In this document: positions 17,950 through 27,150 of the stretch, one piece after another
Numbering within the stretch: the first letter of the stretch is position 1
Layout: each line of letters starts with the position of its first letter
Origin: Shigella phage Sf12
Length of the DNA: 47,647 nucleotides
Strand: one strand, 5' to 3'
Sequence record: MF158039
The notes under the pieces: generated by a model
Told to the model about the DNA's origin: nothing
Seen by the model: only the letters and a program-made list of their open reading frames with translations
Databases searched by the model: none
Position numbers and translations under genes: made by a program

Positions 17950-18348
17950 TTAGTTGTATTGTTTAATGTTTTTTGATTCTTCAATTGCTTCGCAAGTCTC
18001 AATGAATCGATATGAGTCCTCAATGACTCCAATCATAGAGGTCTGTTCTTCAAGATAAACGTCGATAACAGTTATAGTGAAATCGTCAGCATTGATCTTA
18101 GCCAATTCAATCAAGCTATTAACTAGATTATTGGATTGCTCAAACTCACCCTTAACACTCTTTACAGTCGCAAGAACAAATCTGTAGCTTTCATCGTTGA
18201 AGTCTAGTGATTTTATGTATTCACTTGTCTTCGTCATTGATTCAATTCGGCTATTTTTCATCATGTAGCTTTTTGCTTTCTCTGTGTTCATTGTTTTATA
18301 TCTCATTTTTAGCAGCACCATTGCTGCCGATGAGTGCACTATACCCAA
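17950..18348 (-). CDS. Hypothetical protein (probable start at internal Met, about 113 aa)
   Basis: ORF track. Confidence 0.4.
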   Translation of the reverse strand: MGIVHSSAAMVLLKMRYKTMNTEKAKSYMMKNSRIESMTKTSEYIKSLDFNDESYRFVLATVKSVKGEFEQSNNLVNSLIELAKINADDFTITVIDVYLEEQTSMIGVIEDSYRFIETCEAIEESKNIKQYN

Positions 18349-18736
18349 TCAGTATGTATCCGTTTTGATTATTCGTGCTATTTTGTATATCGGTGTAAAC
18401 CTCACCTAAATACGTTTTGATGCTCCGTGCGCCGCATGGATGCTGAGTGTAACTCTTGTAACCAATGTATCCACCAATTTTGCACCCTATCTATATCTAT
18501 ATGCATTTCCTCCTTAACAGGAAATCAAACATAGTCTTTTAGAAAAACATACCAACATAGCAATAGAGAGTAGTTACACTATATACAAACAAATATAGTA
18601 ATAATAATAATTACTCTAAACCCTTATTATATAAGGATTTTATAGTGTAACTAATGCGTATCTGTGCGTAAAAAGCGTATACAATTTTCTGCGGATGAGA
18701 TTGTATACATCGAGTTACATCGGTTACGCGTATATC
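18349..18736. other. AT-rich non-coding control region between divergent operons; candidate origin/regulatory hub
   Basis: tatctatatctatatgcat, (TAA)n at 18598..18613, inverted repeat gtatacaat-N14-attgtatac (18670..18702). Confidence 0.5.
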
Positions 18737-18783
18737 AAATAGCACGATTTGCTAAAGACTCCCGCATCAGCCTTTGCTATAGT
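18737..18783 (+). promoter_or_regulatory. Junction cassette copy: palindrome (18740..18754), -10-like TATAGT (18778..18783)
   Basis: aaatagcacgatttgctaaag; 23-bp gap; leader ccatcgaaacgaaac. Confidence 0.55.
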
Positions 18784-18823
18784 TACTCCATCGAAACGAA
18801 ACATACTCACTAAGGAATACAAA

Positions 18824-18928
18824 ATGACTAACTTCGCAACCAACGTAATGGCCTTCACCTTCGGCGTAGCAACTACTGGTTTCTTCGTGTGGGTACTGCT
18901 GCTGGCTTCAAAATTTAACGGTTTCTAA
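18824..18928 (+). CDS. Small hydrophobic membrane peptide, 34 aa
   Basis: MTNFATNVMAFTFGVATTGFFVWVLLLASKFNGF; tightly coupled to lipoprotein gene. Confidence 0.45.
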   Translation: MTNFATNVMAFTFGVATTGFFVWVLLLASKFNGF

Positions 18929-18938
18929 GGTGAATAAG

Positions 18939-19160
18939 ATGAAAAAATTAATCGTTATCGCAGCAATGATGTTAGGTGGGTGCTCTACGATGCCAGAACG
19001 CACTTGTACGGCGACTTATGAGTCAGGCGGAATGAGTTACTCGGTTTATGTTTTTGGCACGCAGAAGCGCGGTGATGAGCTTTTACTTAGGGCTGGATAT
19101 CCATTCTCGTTCCAGTATGTCTCTGAGCGGAATTTTAAAGACCACGATTGCGGTGGTTGA
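18939..19160 (+). CDS. Small lipoprotein, candidate Cor/Llp-like superinfection-exclusion factor
   Basis: Signal peptide with lipobox MLGGC; convergent on distal tail-tip genes. Confidence 0.55.
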   Translation: MKKLIVIAAMMLGGCSTMPERTCTATYESGGMSYSVYVFGTQKRGDELLLRAGYPFSFQYVSERNFKDHDCGG

Positions 19161-19162
19161 TA

Positions 19163-19190
19163 AAGAAAAAGCCCCGAAAGGGGCTTTAGT
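19163..19190. terminator. Bidirectional terminator
   Basis: aaagccccgaaaggggcttt flanked by A/T runs. Confidence 0.65.
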
Positions 19191-19716
19191 CGTTTGTGAA
19201 TTTTGGTTTGATTACTTCACCATTTGATCCATTCCTTAATTCATAAATCATGTCAAATTCAGAGTTTGTATAAGCATCAACAGTAATCCAATCCTCTGGA
19301 AAAAACTCACCAAATGAACCAGTATACTTGTCATCATCATAGTCACCGATAAACTTACTATAAAAAACCCTTAAATCAGTTCTTGAAAAGTCATAATCAT
19401 CATCACCTAAATCAGACCATGAAATATTGAAGCCCTCTCTCAAGAATGGATCATCTTTAGGCTCCATGACGCCACCTTCATTTAAAACATAATAACCATC
19501 AGAACCATCCTCTGGATTGTACCAATCAAAGTTTCTATAAAGCCTGTATCCATTTAGGATATTAGATAGAATTGAACTAAACTCAGAAAGCCCATACCAT
19601 GAACCGGAAATCTCATCATAACCATACTCAAGATCCCCAATGTCTACATCAAAGTAAAATGGTCCATGATCAACACCACCAACACTCGCCCAAACCAAAG
19701 TTTTTTTAATGCTCAT
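19186..19716 (-). CDS. Hypothetical acidic Trp/Tyr-rich protein at the distal end of the tail module
   Basis: ORF track; position after J. Confidence 0.45.
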   Translation of the reverse strand: MSIKKTLVWASVGGVDHGPFYFDVDIGDLEYGYDEISGSWYGLSEFSSILSNILNGYRLYRNFDWYNPEDGSDGYYVLNEGGVMEPKDDPFLREGFNISWSDLGDDDYDFSRTDLRVFYSKFIGDYDDDKYTGSFGEFFPEDWITVDAYTNSEFDMIYELRNGSNGEVIKPKFTND

Positions 19717-19725
19717 AATTTCCCC

Positions 19726-20442
19726 TTAATCGTAGTTTGATGTATTAATTGCCACAGCAGTAACTCCAGTGTTTATTGAACCAGTCTGAGAGCCAGGTAC
19801 AGTATTGTATCCAGCCGCCCTTATTCTTGTTCTCGAACCGTTGTAGTTAGCTGTTGTGTATAGGTCAATTGTATACCTCTGAGGTATACCTCCAACAATT
19901 TGCTCAGATATTATCGCTCCTAACCTCCTCGGTGATACAGCCCATGATCCAGATAATAATGAGCCGGTATCTATGTTTATACCTCCCCCAGCTTGCCCTG
20001 GTGTTCCAACCGTTCTTAAATCTGAAAGCACCTTCGTTTCGTTAGTTAGTATTAACTTGCCAGCAGCATCCCATATTGCCATGCCCCAATCAGGTAATGT
20101 TTGCGTGAATATCCCGAAAATATATACTGTTGCAGTAAAATTTTCTCCGCTTGAGTTTTGCGCTGTGAAGTAAACATTTCCAGAGTTTGGTCCACTTGTG
20201 AATCTGTAAGCAGCAATTCCCGTACCTGTGTTTGTCTCTGTCGTCTTTGCGAAAACCATGCAAGGTATATCATTTGGAACTGGTATGTAAACTGAACCTG
20301 TCATACCACCACTACCAGAATGGGTTGTTTTTTTGTATAAAGCAAAAGGTGTTGAGTTTGGGGTTATGAATGGATTTCCATTAACATCAATCATTGCACC
20401 ATAAGACATTATTGATTCTCCAGATAAATTACAAGGTAGCAC
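19726..20442 (-). CDS. Hypothetical Gly/Thr/Ser-rich tail-module protein (possible fiber or receptor-binding component)
   Basis: ORF track; composition; position after J. Confidence 0.45.
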   Translation of the reverse strand: MLPCNLSGESIMSYGAMIDVNGNPFITPNSTPFALYKKTTHSGSGGMTGSVYIPVPNDIPCMVFAKTTETNTGTGIAAYRFTSGPNSGNVYFTAQNSSGENFTATVYIFGIFTQTLPDWGMAIWDAAGKLILTNETKVLSDLRTVGTPGQAGGGINIDTGSLLSGSWAVSPRRLGAIISEQIVGGIPQRYTIDLYTTANYNGSRTRIRAAGYNTVPGSQTGSINTGVTAVAINTSNYD

Positions 20443-20714
20443 TCTTCTGCTGGATAAACTCCATCTCCAGGCGTTGTTGTTGCTGATATCGTTATAGCGT
20501 TTCCACTTGCGGTTATCTTTCTGGCTGCCTCATTTCCACCAACACTCAAGCTGACTGTGTAACCTAACTTTGTTCCAGACGGTATTGTGTATGAGTAACT
20601 CCCTGAAGTTTGACCAGTCTCAAGCTTAACAACCGCAACAACCGTGACTGGCTTAATCCCATAGTTATTGTAATTACCATTTGCATCATATGTAGCAATC
20701 CCATATGCAGCCAT
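20409..20714 (-). CDS. Hypothetical tail-module protein, 101 aa
   Basis: ORF track. Confidence 0.45.
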   Translation of the reverse strand: MAAYGIATYDANGNYNNYGIKPVTVVAVVKLETGQTSGSYSYTIPSGTKLGYTVSLSVGGNEAARKITASGNAITISATTTPGDGVYPAEECYLVIYLENQ

Positions 20715-20761
20715 AAATTCCTCCTATTGATAAGGGCAATTCCATTTGCCCATTCTATCAG

Positions 20762-23700
20762 TTAGTAAACTCCAGTCAAACGGCCAATCTGAACACGAAG
20801 CCTTCCGTTAGCGTCAGCAACAGATATTGTCTCATTTGTTTGCTTCATTCTACCCTCTCCAGCCGTAGAGCCGTTATTTTCGAACGTTCCACCCTTGTCA
20901 AGTCTCCATCCGACAGAGCCAAATACGTAGTTGTTAGACTGAATTGCACCACCAATCTTCGCGTTAGTGATTGAACCGTCCTGAATAACCGCGCTTTGTA
21001 TGAATACCTGGTTATTCTCGACAACGAAAGGCAGCGACCACTGACCGGAACCAGAACTAATGCCGTTACTGATTGCAAACCTGTTAGCATCGAAAATGAA
21101 CTGACTACGAACATTTCCACCACTACCGGTTAACTCCATGCTCATGCCAGCACCGTACTCAACTCCATTGTACTTAAGGCCTAGCTTAACGCCGTACTGA
21201 ACACCAACGCCTTCAACTGTAGCGTAAGAGTCGAGCTTCTGATTCAAAGCCGCCTCGTTATCACCAAGCCTTGCGCTGAGAGCCGTATCAGCAGTAGCCC
21301 TCGCTTCCGTCTCGGTTGCTAGCGCTGTTTCGATAGTTGTAATCTGACCAACAATCTCATCATCAATTTGCGCCTTAAGCTGCGTAAGAGCCTCTACACG
21401 AGCCTCAGTTTCGTTGGCTATTAGATTAACAGCCTGACGATACTCAGCCTTCCTGGCTCCATTTTCACGCCTCATAACACGAACATCAGTATCGTTTGCC
21501 AATGCGTTCTCAATTATTGCCTCGGCCTGGTTCTGAATGTCAGCATTTGCATCTATCGCGTTCTGGAGTAGATACTTGTATCCATCTGAGTTTTCAATAT
21601 CAACCTTAATTTCTCCAATGATTGCACTCACGTCATCCGAAGCCATACCCCTGACAAAATCAGTCCATTGCGATACGTTACCAATCCTGTCGATCGTTCT
21701 TCCCCTATACCAGATCACCTTTCCTGCCGGGAGCGTCGTGTGCCAATACTCAAACTGAGGGTAAGGAACGAGAGTTAACAATGAGGCATTCTCAGGGGTG
21801 TATGTCCCATCGCCATTATCAGCAACTTGCTGCAATTCCACATAAGCAGTATCACCACTATTATTGCCAAAACCCCACTTAACACGGATGCCAAATACTT
21901 CATCATCTGAAGCCGTGATGACCTGCAATGGCTCAGGCTCACCAACCTTACCAGTCAAGCTAACTGTTGTAATTTCAGACCATGCCGATACTGATTTTTG
22001 GTCAGTTACAGCACGAACCCTGACGTCGTAAATGCCAGCGTAGATGCCTTCAATATCAACCTCAGTGTTAGCCGTCTCCGGTACATTAATCCAGTTTCCG
22101 TTATTCTTACGCCATTGCACGTTGTATGTTTTCGCATACTGCACCTTGTCGTAACCGATAACCATCGTCTCAACGCTCATGCCCTGAACTACTTTGCTGT
22201 AACTAGTAACCGTAATGTTCTTCGGTGGTAAAATCCTGTCAGGGTCAACTATGCTTGTTGGCCTGTCGTCGATGTTTACTCCGTAGTCAATCTCATCGTA
22301 CTTGTTAGGGTCATACTGAACAGCCGTGATGCTGTACTGGAATGAATCCTCTCCGTCCGTGTTGGCTTTTTGAATCCCGGTCACAACATATTGCTGTAAA
22401 GCAAGATTCTGCTTGTCGATTGCAAATACCGTATCTGGCTGCGGCGTGAAGCTGAATGCTGTATTCAGCTCAAGCGTCAACTTATCGGCAGATACTGAAG
22501 CGATAGTCCTGTACTCCGGGCTTCCATCTGGCTTGTTGATTAAGATTCTGTCGCCAGGGTCAGCATCAATAGCGAACGGAACAAAAACCTGCAAACCAGT
22601 AGCCTCCACGATTCGACCAGAAAGGTTTAACGTGTAATTGCTTGACCAAGCTTGGTCATTAACAGCAATGACATCACCAATCATAGGAATCATACCTTCG
22701 AGTCCGGTGGTGAATGTTATTGTTTCGCTACGCAAGTTCGTTTTAAGGAGCCAACGACCACGACGGTTAGCCTCGCTACGCCTTACGCATCCAATTGCAG
22801 TCAGGTCTACAGGGTTATACCCAAACCTGCGAGTTGCCTCAAGGTCAAACACTGGCTCTACGTCTTGCTGGTAGTTGTTCTCTACATCATCAAACTGAAC
22901 GTTGGCAGTCGTGTACAAACTCTTATCACTAGCAAACGTGCGGTTGAATAAACCATCGACTACGTTATCATTTGTGAATACGTAACTTGGTTGGCGCGGC
23001 CTGTCAACTACAATCCCAATTTGCTCACCATCATAGAAGGTTAATCCACGGAAAATGGAACAGATGTCACGAATAATCTGATACGCTTCCACTTTCTGCT
23101 GAATGACAACGTTACAAGTATATCGCGGCTCCATTCCACCCTTACCATCCGGGACCATCTGGTCGCAGAATTGCGCAGCTTCATACAGACCCCACTTATC
23201 AATCTCAACTCCAAGCTCTCGCTGGTCAAGCCCATACCTCTGACTGACTACCAGGTCATATAAAACCCACGCCGGGTTATCTGACCATGCCATCTTGAAA
23301 GTTCCATCCCAAGTTCCGCTATAAGTCCGCGTTGCTGGGGTGTAGTTTGTTGGGACTCTAATTATCTTCCACCTTTTCTTGATTGCGATAGGCGGCAACC
23401 CGTTAGGAAAAAGGTCTGAACTGAACTCTACATAAACAAGCGCTGTAAGTGGATAACGGAATTTGGCGTCAATTACTTCCTGATAGGTCGTAATCTGCAT
23501 TCCGTTTACCAGAGTGCTGCTTGTTGAGTCTGGCGTTAACTTCCTAATACGAACAAGAGCGCTGCTAAACTCGGCTGGTAAGTTAACCCTGATACTGCGG
23601 TCGTAACCTGTTGTAGTTTTACCGTTAGCCACGCCTCTGGTATATTCAGTGTACGCTGAGCCATTAACTGATAAATCGATTGCATATTCACATGTTGTGC

Positions 23701-24157
23701 CATTTAAATCTCCATTCTCTTCTTGCTTAACGAGTCTAGGCCAGAACAGCTTGACGCGAATTGCTGATAGCTGACTGTTGTTTACTGCTATGATGTAAGG
23801 TGTATCGTTGTTAATCTCGCGGCTAACCTGAATCTCTGATGCTGCACCATCTAGTCCGGCGATATAGTCTTGAGACTGAGTGCCAGGGCGAAATTCTGCG
23901 GTCACTCCTTCGTAGTTGAATGAGTTATCCTGGTTTTGCACGGGAACGTCAGCAAGGTAAAGGTCTTTAAGTGAAAAGCTTGAGTCAACCTCGCCATCAG
24001 CAACGGCCAGTAGCACCTTAATCTTGTTGAGTGAAATCAGGTTATCTTCTTGCTCTACAGGTGTGTGCTGCTTTTGGCTACCACCCTTGCTTCCATAAAT
24101 CTTTGGCAAATCGGCCATATCATATAACCTCGTTGTTTGTTTAACCATTTGTGCCAT
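20762..24157 (-). CDS. Central tail fiber / host-specificity protein (lambda gpJ-like); probable true start at Met 24118
   Basis: YSGTWDGTF ... DKWGLYEAAQFCDQMVPDGKGGMEPRYTCN resembles lambda J conserved core as recalled. Confidence 0.9.
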   Translation of the reverse strand: MAQMVKQTTRLYDMADLPKIYGSKGGSQKQHTPVEQEDNLISLNKIKVLLAVADGEVDSSFSLKDLYLADVPVQNQDNSFNYEGVTAEFRPGTQSQDYIAGLDGAASEIQVSREINNDTPYIIAVNNSQLSAIRVKLFWPRLVKQEENGDLNGTTCEYAIDLSVNGSAYTEYTRGVANGKTTTGYDRSIRVNLPAEFSSALVRIRKLTPDSTSSTLVNGMQITTYQEVIDAKFRYPLTALVYVEFSSDLFPNGLPPIAIKKRWKIIRVPTNYTPATRTYSGTWDGTFKMAWSDNPAWVLYDLVVSQRYGLDQRELGVEIDKWGLYEAAQFCDQMVPDGKGGMEPRYTCNVVIQQKVEAYQIIRDICSIFRGLTFYDGEQIGIVVDRPRQPSYVFTNDNVVDGLFNRTFASDKSLYTTANVQFDDVENNYQQDVEPVFDLEATRRFGYNPVDLTAIGCVRRSEANRRGRWLLKTNLRSETITFTTGLEGMIPMIGDVIAVNDQAWSSNYTLNLSGRIVEATGLQVFVPFAIDADPGDRILINKPDGSPEYRTIASVSADKLTLELNTAFSFTPQPDTVFAIDKQNLALQQYVVTGIQKANTDGEDSFQYSITAVQYDPNKYDEIDYGVNIDDRPTSIVDPDRILPPKNITVTSYSKVVQGMSVETMVIGYDKVQYAKTYNVQWRKNNGNWINVPETANTEVDIEGIYAGIYDVRVRAVTDQKSVSAWSEITTVSLTGKVGEPEPLQVITASDDEVFGIRVKWGFGNNSGDTAYVELQQVADNGDGTYTPENASLLTLVPYPQFEYWHTTLPAGKVIWYRGRTIDRIGNVSQWTDFVRGMASDDVSAIIGEIKVDIENSDGYKYLLQNAIDANADIQNQAEAIIENALANDTDVRVMRRENGARKAEYRQAVNLIANETEARVEALTQLKAQIDDEIVGQITTIETALATETEARATADTALSARLGDNEAALNQKLDSYATVEGVGVQYGVKLGLKYNGVEYGAGMSMELTGSGGNVRSQFIFDANRFAISNGISSGSGQWSLPFVVENNQVFIQSAVIQDGSITNAKIGGAIQSNNYVFGSVGWRLDKGGTFENNGSTAGEGRMKQTNETISVADANGRLRVQIGRLTGVY

Positions 24158-24169
24158 TCTACACTAAAT

Positions 24170-24190
24170 AAAAAACCCGCACTAGGCGGG
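24170..24190 (-). terminator. Hairpin plus T-run between I and J (possible attenuator)
   Basis: cccgcctagtgcggg then tttttt on minus strand. Confidence 0.45.
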
Positions 24191-24198
24191 TTGTGATT

Positions 24199-24774
24199 TT
24201 AAGCAATATCTTCAGCGTACGAGCCTGCACTAAATACAGCGCCACCAACCGTTCGATATCCATATGGTAGGCATACTGGATTTCCAGCCGCAATGGTGTT
24301 TACTGCTGATCCAAATGCGTATGATGCTCTGTTGCTTGTCTGTGATGCCTGGTCATTCAATCCAGTCGCTTGTGGTGCCAATAACTGAGCTACACCACCA
24401 GCAAGAAGGCCTACAGCCACTGGCAAAAGAACAGGAAAGAAGTAAGACGCCACCAGAAGTACACCGCCAAGGATTGTCTGGAATAAGCCGCCAGATTTTC
24501 GACCTTGAGGTATTGGCATAATCCTGATTTCACGAACAGTCTCAAGGTCATTAATCTTGTGCTCGTTGACATTTTTCCCGTCAACGAATACAGCAAACCT
24601 TGTGTTCTGGCCCACATGGCTACGCATGAATTCTTTAAATTCAGGAATGTTTACAGAAAGAGCTCGCATTGCTTCTGGGACTGTTTTCACGCAAAGCTTA
24701 TGTAGCTTTCCAAACTTCCTGCCCAAACCTAATCCCAACTTAACATCAATCACGTTCTGGGTCATAACCCGCAT
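24199..24774 (-). CDS. Tail assembly protein (lambda gpI-like)
   Basis: C-terminal hydrophobic segment with GGVAQLLAP; position between K and J. Confidence 0.7.
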   Translation of the reverse strand: MRVMTQNVIDVKLGLGLGRKFGKLHKLCVKTVPEAMRALSVNIPEFKEFMRSHVGQNTRFAVFVDGKNVNEHKINDLETVREIRIMPIPQGRKSGGLFQTILGGVLLVASYFFPVLLPVAVGLLAGGVAQLLAPQATGLNDQASQTSNRASYAFGSAVNTIAAGNPVCLPYGYRTVGGAVFSAGSYAEDIA

Positions 24775-25522
24775 CCTCCGGTAAATCTTTATGCCTTACG
24801 ATTCGCACTGTCCGCTCACGATAGTAGTCGCCGTACAAATCAACCTTACTCATCTTACCATATAAATGGTGTAGGATTTTATTATCACCAATATAGATGG
24901 CAGCGTGGTTTGTCTTCTCGCTTTGAATCTGCATCATAATCATCGATCCAATTGGGATGTTATTACCGCGAACTAACTCGAACCCCTCTAACTCCCAATT
25001 GTCATCGTAGATATTGTCAGGGTATTCGTTCGTCCACCACTGATAATCAACGCGGTAGTCATTTAGTTTAACGCCGTGTAGCTTGTGAAATTCCATAACC
25101 AAATTCCAACAGTCGAAGCTGCCAAGACCCCATGGGCGACCAGCAAGCGGCATTTTTTCTGGCTGAATAATCCGTAAGTCCCCTTCAGGTATAGAAACAA
25201 TAACATAAGGCAGCTCGCACTCATTGCAGCTGCAAATATCAGCTGCGCTTGGCCTAGTAGTAGCACCATCACCAGTATGTGAATGTACAACATAAACAAC
25301 GTTTTCATTATCTGAAATCTCCATGAATTCTGATGGGTCAAGAATGAATGATTGCTCTGGTGTTTTGGATACGTTGGTAATCCTGTGATACTTCTGAGCC
25401 ATTCCCTTTTGAGTCACAACCCCGCAAGATTCTTGCGGGTAAACCTCGTTGGCATGTCGAAATATTTCGATTTTTACTTTAGGTGTTAGCATTTTATCTC
25501 CCATGATTCTCATGAAAACCAT
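24746..25522 (-). CDS. Tail tip protein (lambda gpK-like: JAMM/MPN plus NlpC/P60 domains)
   Basis: HSHT JAMM-like motif, Cys/His peptidase signature; position. Confidence 0.7.
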   Translation of the reverse strand: MVFMRIMGDKMLTPKVKIEIFRHANEVYPQESCGVVTQKGMAQKYHRITNVSKTPEQSFILDPSEFMEISDNENVVYVVHSHTGDGATTRPSAADICSCNECELPYVIVSIPEGDLRIIQPEKMPLAGRPWGLGSFDCWNLVMEFHKLHGVKLNDYRVDYQWWTNEYPDNIYDDNWELEGFELVRGNNIPIGSMIMMQIQSEKTNHAAIYIGDNKILHHLYGKMSKVDLYGDYYRERTVRIVRHKDLPEDAGYDPERD

Positions 25523-25971
25523 TTAACCTTCTGAATTCATCTACAGCAATTGATGCTGATTCAAATGATTCATGACTTCCTAAGCTGTATTTCTTCCCAT
25601 TGAAGACAACGCTTGCCCTGTAGTTATTTCTGTCCTTTCTAAATGTGACCCCACTTTCACCGGTTGTATTTCTCTTATTCATTTTCATGTTTTTTTTGAT
25701 TTTCAGAGTGACTAACAATCCTTAAATTTTCTACCCTATTGTCGGACCTCGAACCGTTTATGTGATCTATCTCCATACCTTCTGGTATATCACCGTTGTG
25801 CATTTCCCAAACAATCCTATGCACGTAATGATAACTTCCTTTAGCACCAACCCTCAAGTATCCTCCGCTACGCAAAGAACCCGCTAAAGATCCTATTACT
25901 ATATTTCTGTTTGTCTTCTTATTCCAGTAAAGCTTGCCATCTCTGTATTCAAAAATTTCATTCCAGTTCAT
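25494..25971 (-). pseudogene. HNH homing endonuclease split into two ORFs by a frameshift at a T8 homopolymer (25690..25697)
   Basis: ORF 25675..25971 carries the HNH motif EIDHINGSRSDNRVENLRIV; ORF 25494..25718 carries the C-terminal domain. Confidence 0.6.
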
Positions 25972-25992
25972 TTTTAATCTCCAGTTTAATAG

Positions 25993-26040
25993 ATTATAGG
26001 ATAGCGCATTTCTGCGCTACCCAATTAACAAAAAGTGCTT
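25993..26040 (-). promoter_or_regulatory. Variant junction cassette upstream of the HNH gene: palindrome-like (26026..26040), hairpin, consensus -10 TATAAT
   Basis: ttaacaaaaagtgctt; tagcgcatttctgcgcta hairpin; TATAAT complement of 25993..25998. Confidence 0.4.
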
Positions 26041-26806
26041 AAGTCTGTTGGTTGGCTTTAGCTTGCAGGCTTGCGGCTGCACAACCGCCAAAGTCTAATT
26101 GATTGTTAGCTCCAAACCTTAACTTACAGGCGGTCACGGTTCCAGCACAGAAGTCTTGTGATGGGTCAGTCACAGGCGCGTTGTCCTTATCGAAATATCG
26201 AGTACCCATGTAGTTACATCCATTGCCTGAGCGGTAAAGCCCTCGCTGAGCCCAATAACAAACTGACTGAACAAGGCGCGCCGGAATGTAGATACCATCC
26301 ATATCCATCGGGCTGGTTAGTTCAAATGAGGCCGTATTGTAATCAACCTGCTTAGGTCGCTCAATGAAGTAAACCAGCTTGCGGTAATCGCCATCAGCAA
26401 TGGTGCCATCTTCGTTAATATTCTCCCGAAGGGTGATCCAGATAGTAACCTTGGCCTGAACAAGGCCATTGTAGGTGCGGATAAGCGCAGAAATGTTCTG
26501 GTCAACATTAGAGACAACTAGCGTTACTTTGTTTGCCTTGCCATCAGAAGTCATATTAATACCCTGAATACCGAATGGCCTTGCGCCGTACTCTTCACCA
26601 CGGAAAGTAATTGTCTTCGCTGAAATAGGTTGCCCCGTAGACTGAGCAATCATAATTTCTTCTGGTGTGTAGCTGATGTTCTCTCCATGGAAGCGATACA
26701 CCCTCCCGCCAAACTTAGTGCCATCAACCTCGATTAGCGTAACAATCTCGCCAGGGAACAGGCTTTGTAATTGATTCTCAAACTTAGTGCTTAATGGCGT
26801 AGCCAT
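26039..26806 (-). CDS. Minor tail protein (lambda gpL-like)
   Basis: C-terminal Cys cluster C..C..C..C; position between M and K. Confidence 0.7.
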   Translation of the reverse strand: MATPLSTKFENQLQSLFPGEIVTLIEVDGTKFGGRVYRFHGENISYTPEEIMIAQSTGQPISAKTITFRGEEYGARPFGIQGINMTSDGKANKVTLVVSNVDQNISALIRTYNGLVQAKVTIWITLRENINEDGTIADGDYRKLVYFIERPKQVDYNTASFELTSPMDMDGIYIPARLVQSVCYWAQRGLYRSGNGCNYMGTRYFDKDNAPVTDPSQDFCAGTVTACKLRFGANNQLDFGGCAAASLQAKANQQT

Positions 26807-26820
26807 AATATTTCTCCAAT

Positions 26821-26842
26821 AAAAAAGACCCCGTAGGGTCTT
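26821..26842 (-). terminator. Rho-independent terminator after the moron gene
   Basis: gaccctacggggtc then tttttt on minus strand. Confidence 0.6.
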
Positions 26843-26860
26843 AGTTTATCTCAATTTACA

Positions 26861-27055
26861 TCAATCTTCACTAGTAATAACCTTTGATGCATTTTTTGAG
26901 TAGTGAGAAATCTCATCAAAAGACAATTCAACCCACTCATCCAAGCCAATCTCATAGTAAAGAGGTTTATCTCCAGAGTTATCAATTGTTACAGAGAATG
27001 GCTTTCCATTGTGGAAGTGAACCAGTACGAATTGTGATTTAGGGAAGTTTTTCAT
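26861..27055 (-). CDS. Moron: hypothetical 64-aa protein inserted between tail genes M and L
   Basis: Own junction-cassette promoter upstream and own terminator downstream. Confidence 0.5.
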   Translation of the reverse strand: MKNFPKSQFVLVHFHNGKPFSVTIDNSGDKPLYYEIGLDEWVELSFDEISHYSKNASKVITSED

Positions 27056-27103
27056 TTCATTATCCTCGTTTGTTTGTTTTGGTCATTTCGTTTCGATGAA
27101 GTG

Positions 27104-27150
27104 ATAATACACCACTTCACCGATTCGTCTTTAGCAATTCGTGCTATTTA
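27104..27150 (-). promoter_or_regulatory. Junction cassette copy driving the moron: palindrome (27132..27146), -10-like TATTAT (complement of 27104..27109)
   Basis: tttagcaattcgtgctattta; 22-bp gap; leader catcgaaacgaaatgaccaaaacaaacaaacgaggataATG. Confidence 0.55.

Noticed and set aside
21537-23235. Several 60-100 aa ORFs overlapping the gpJ gene
   Set aside because: Overlap a 1131-aa gene whose identity is well supported
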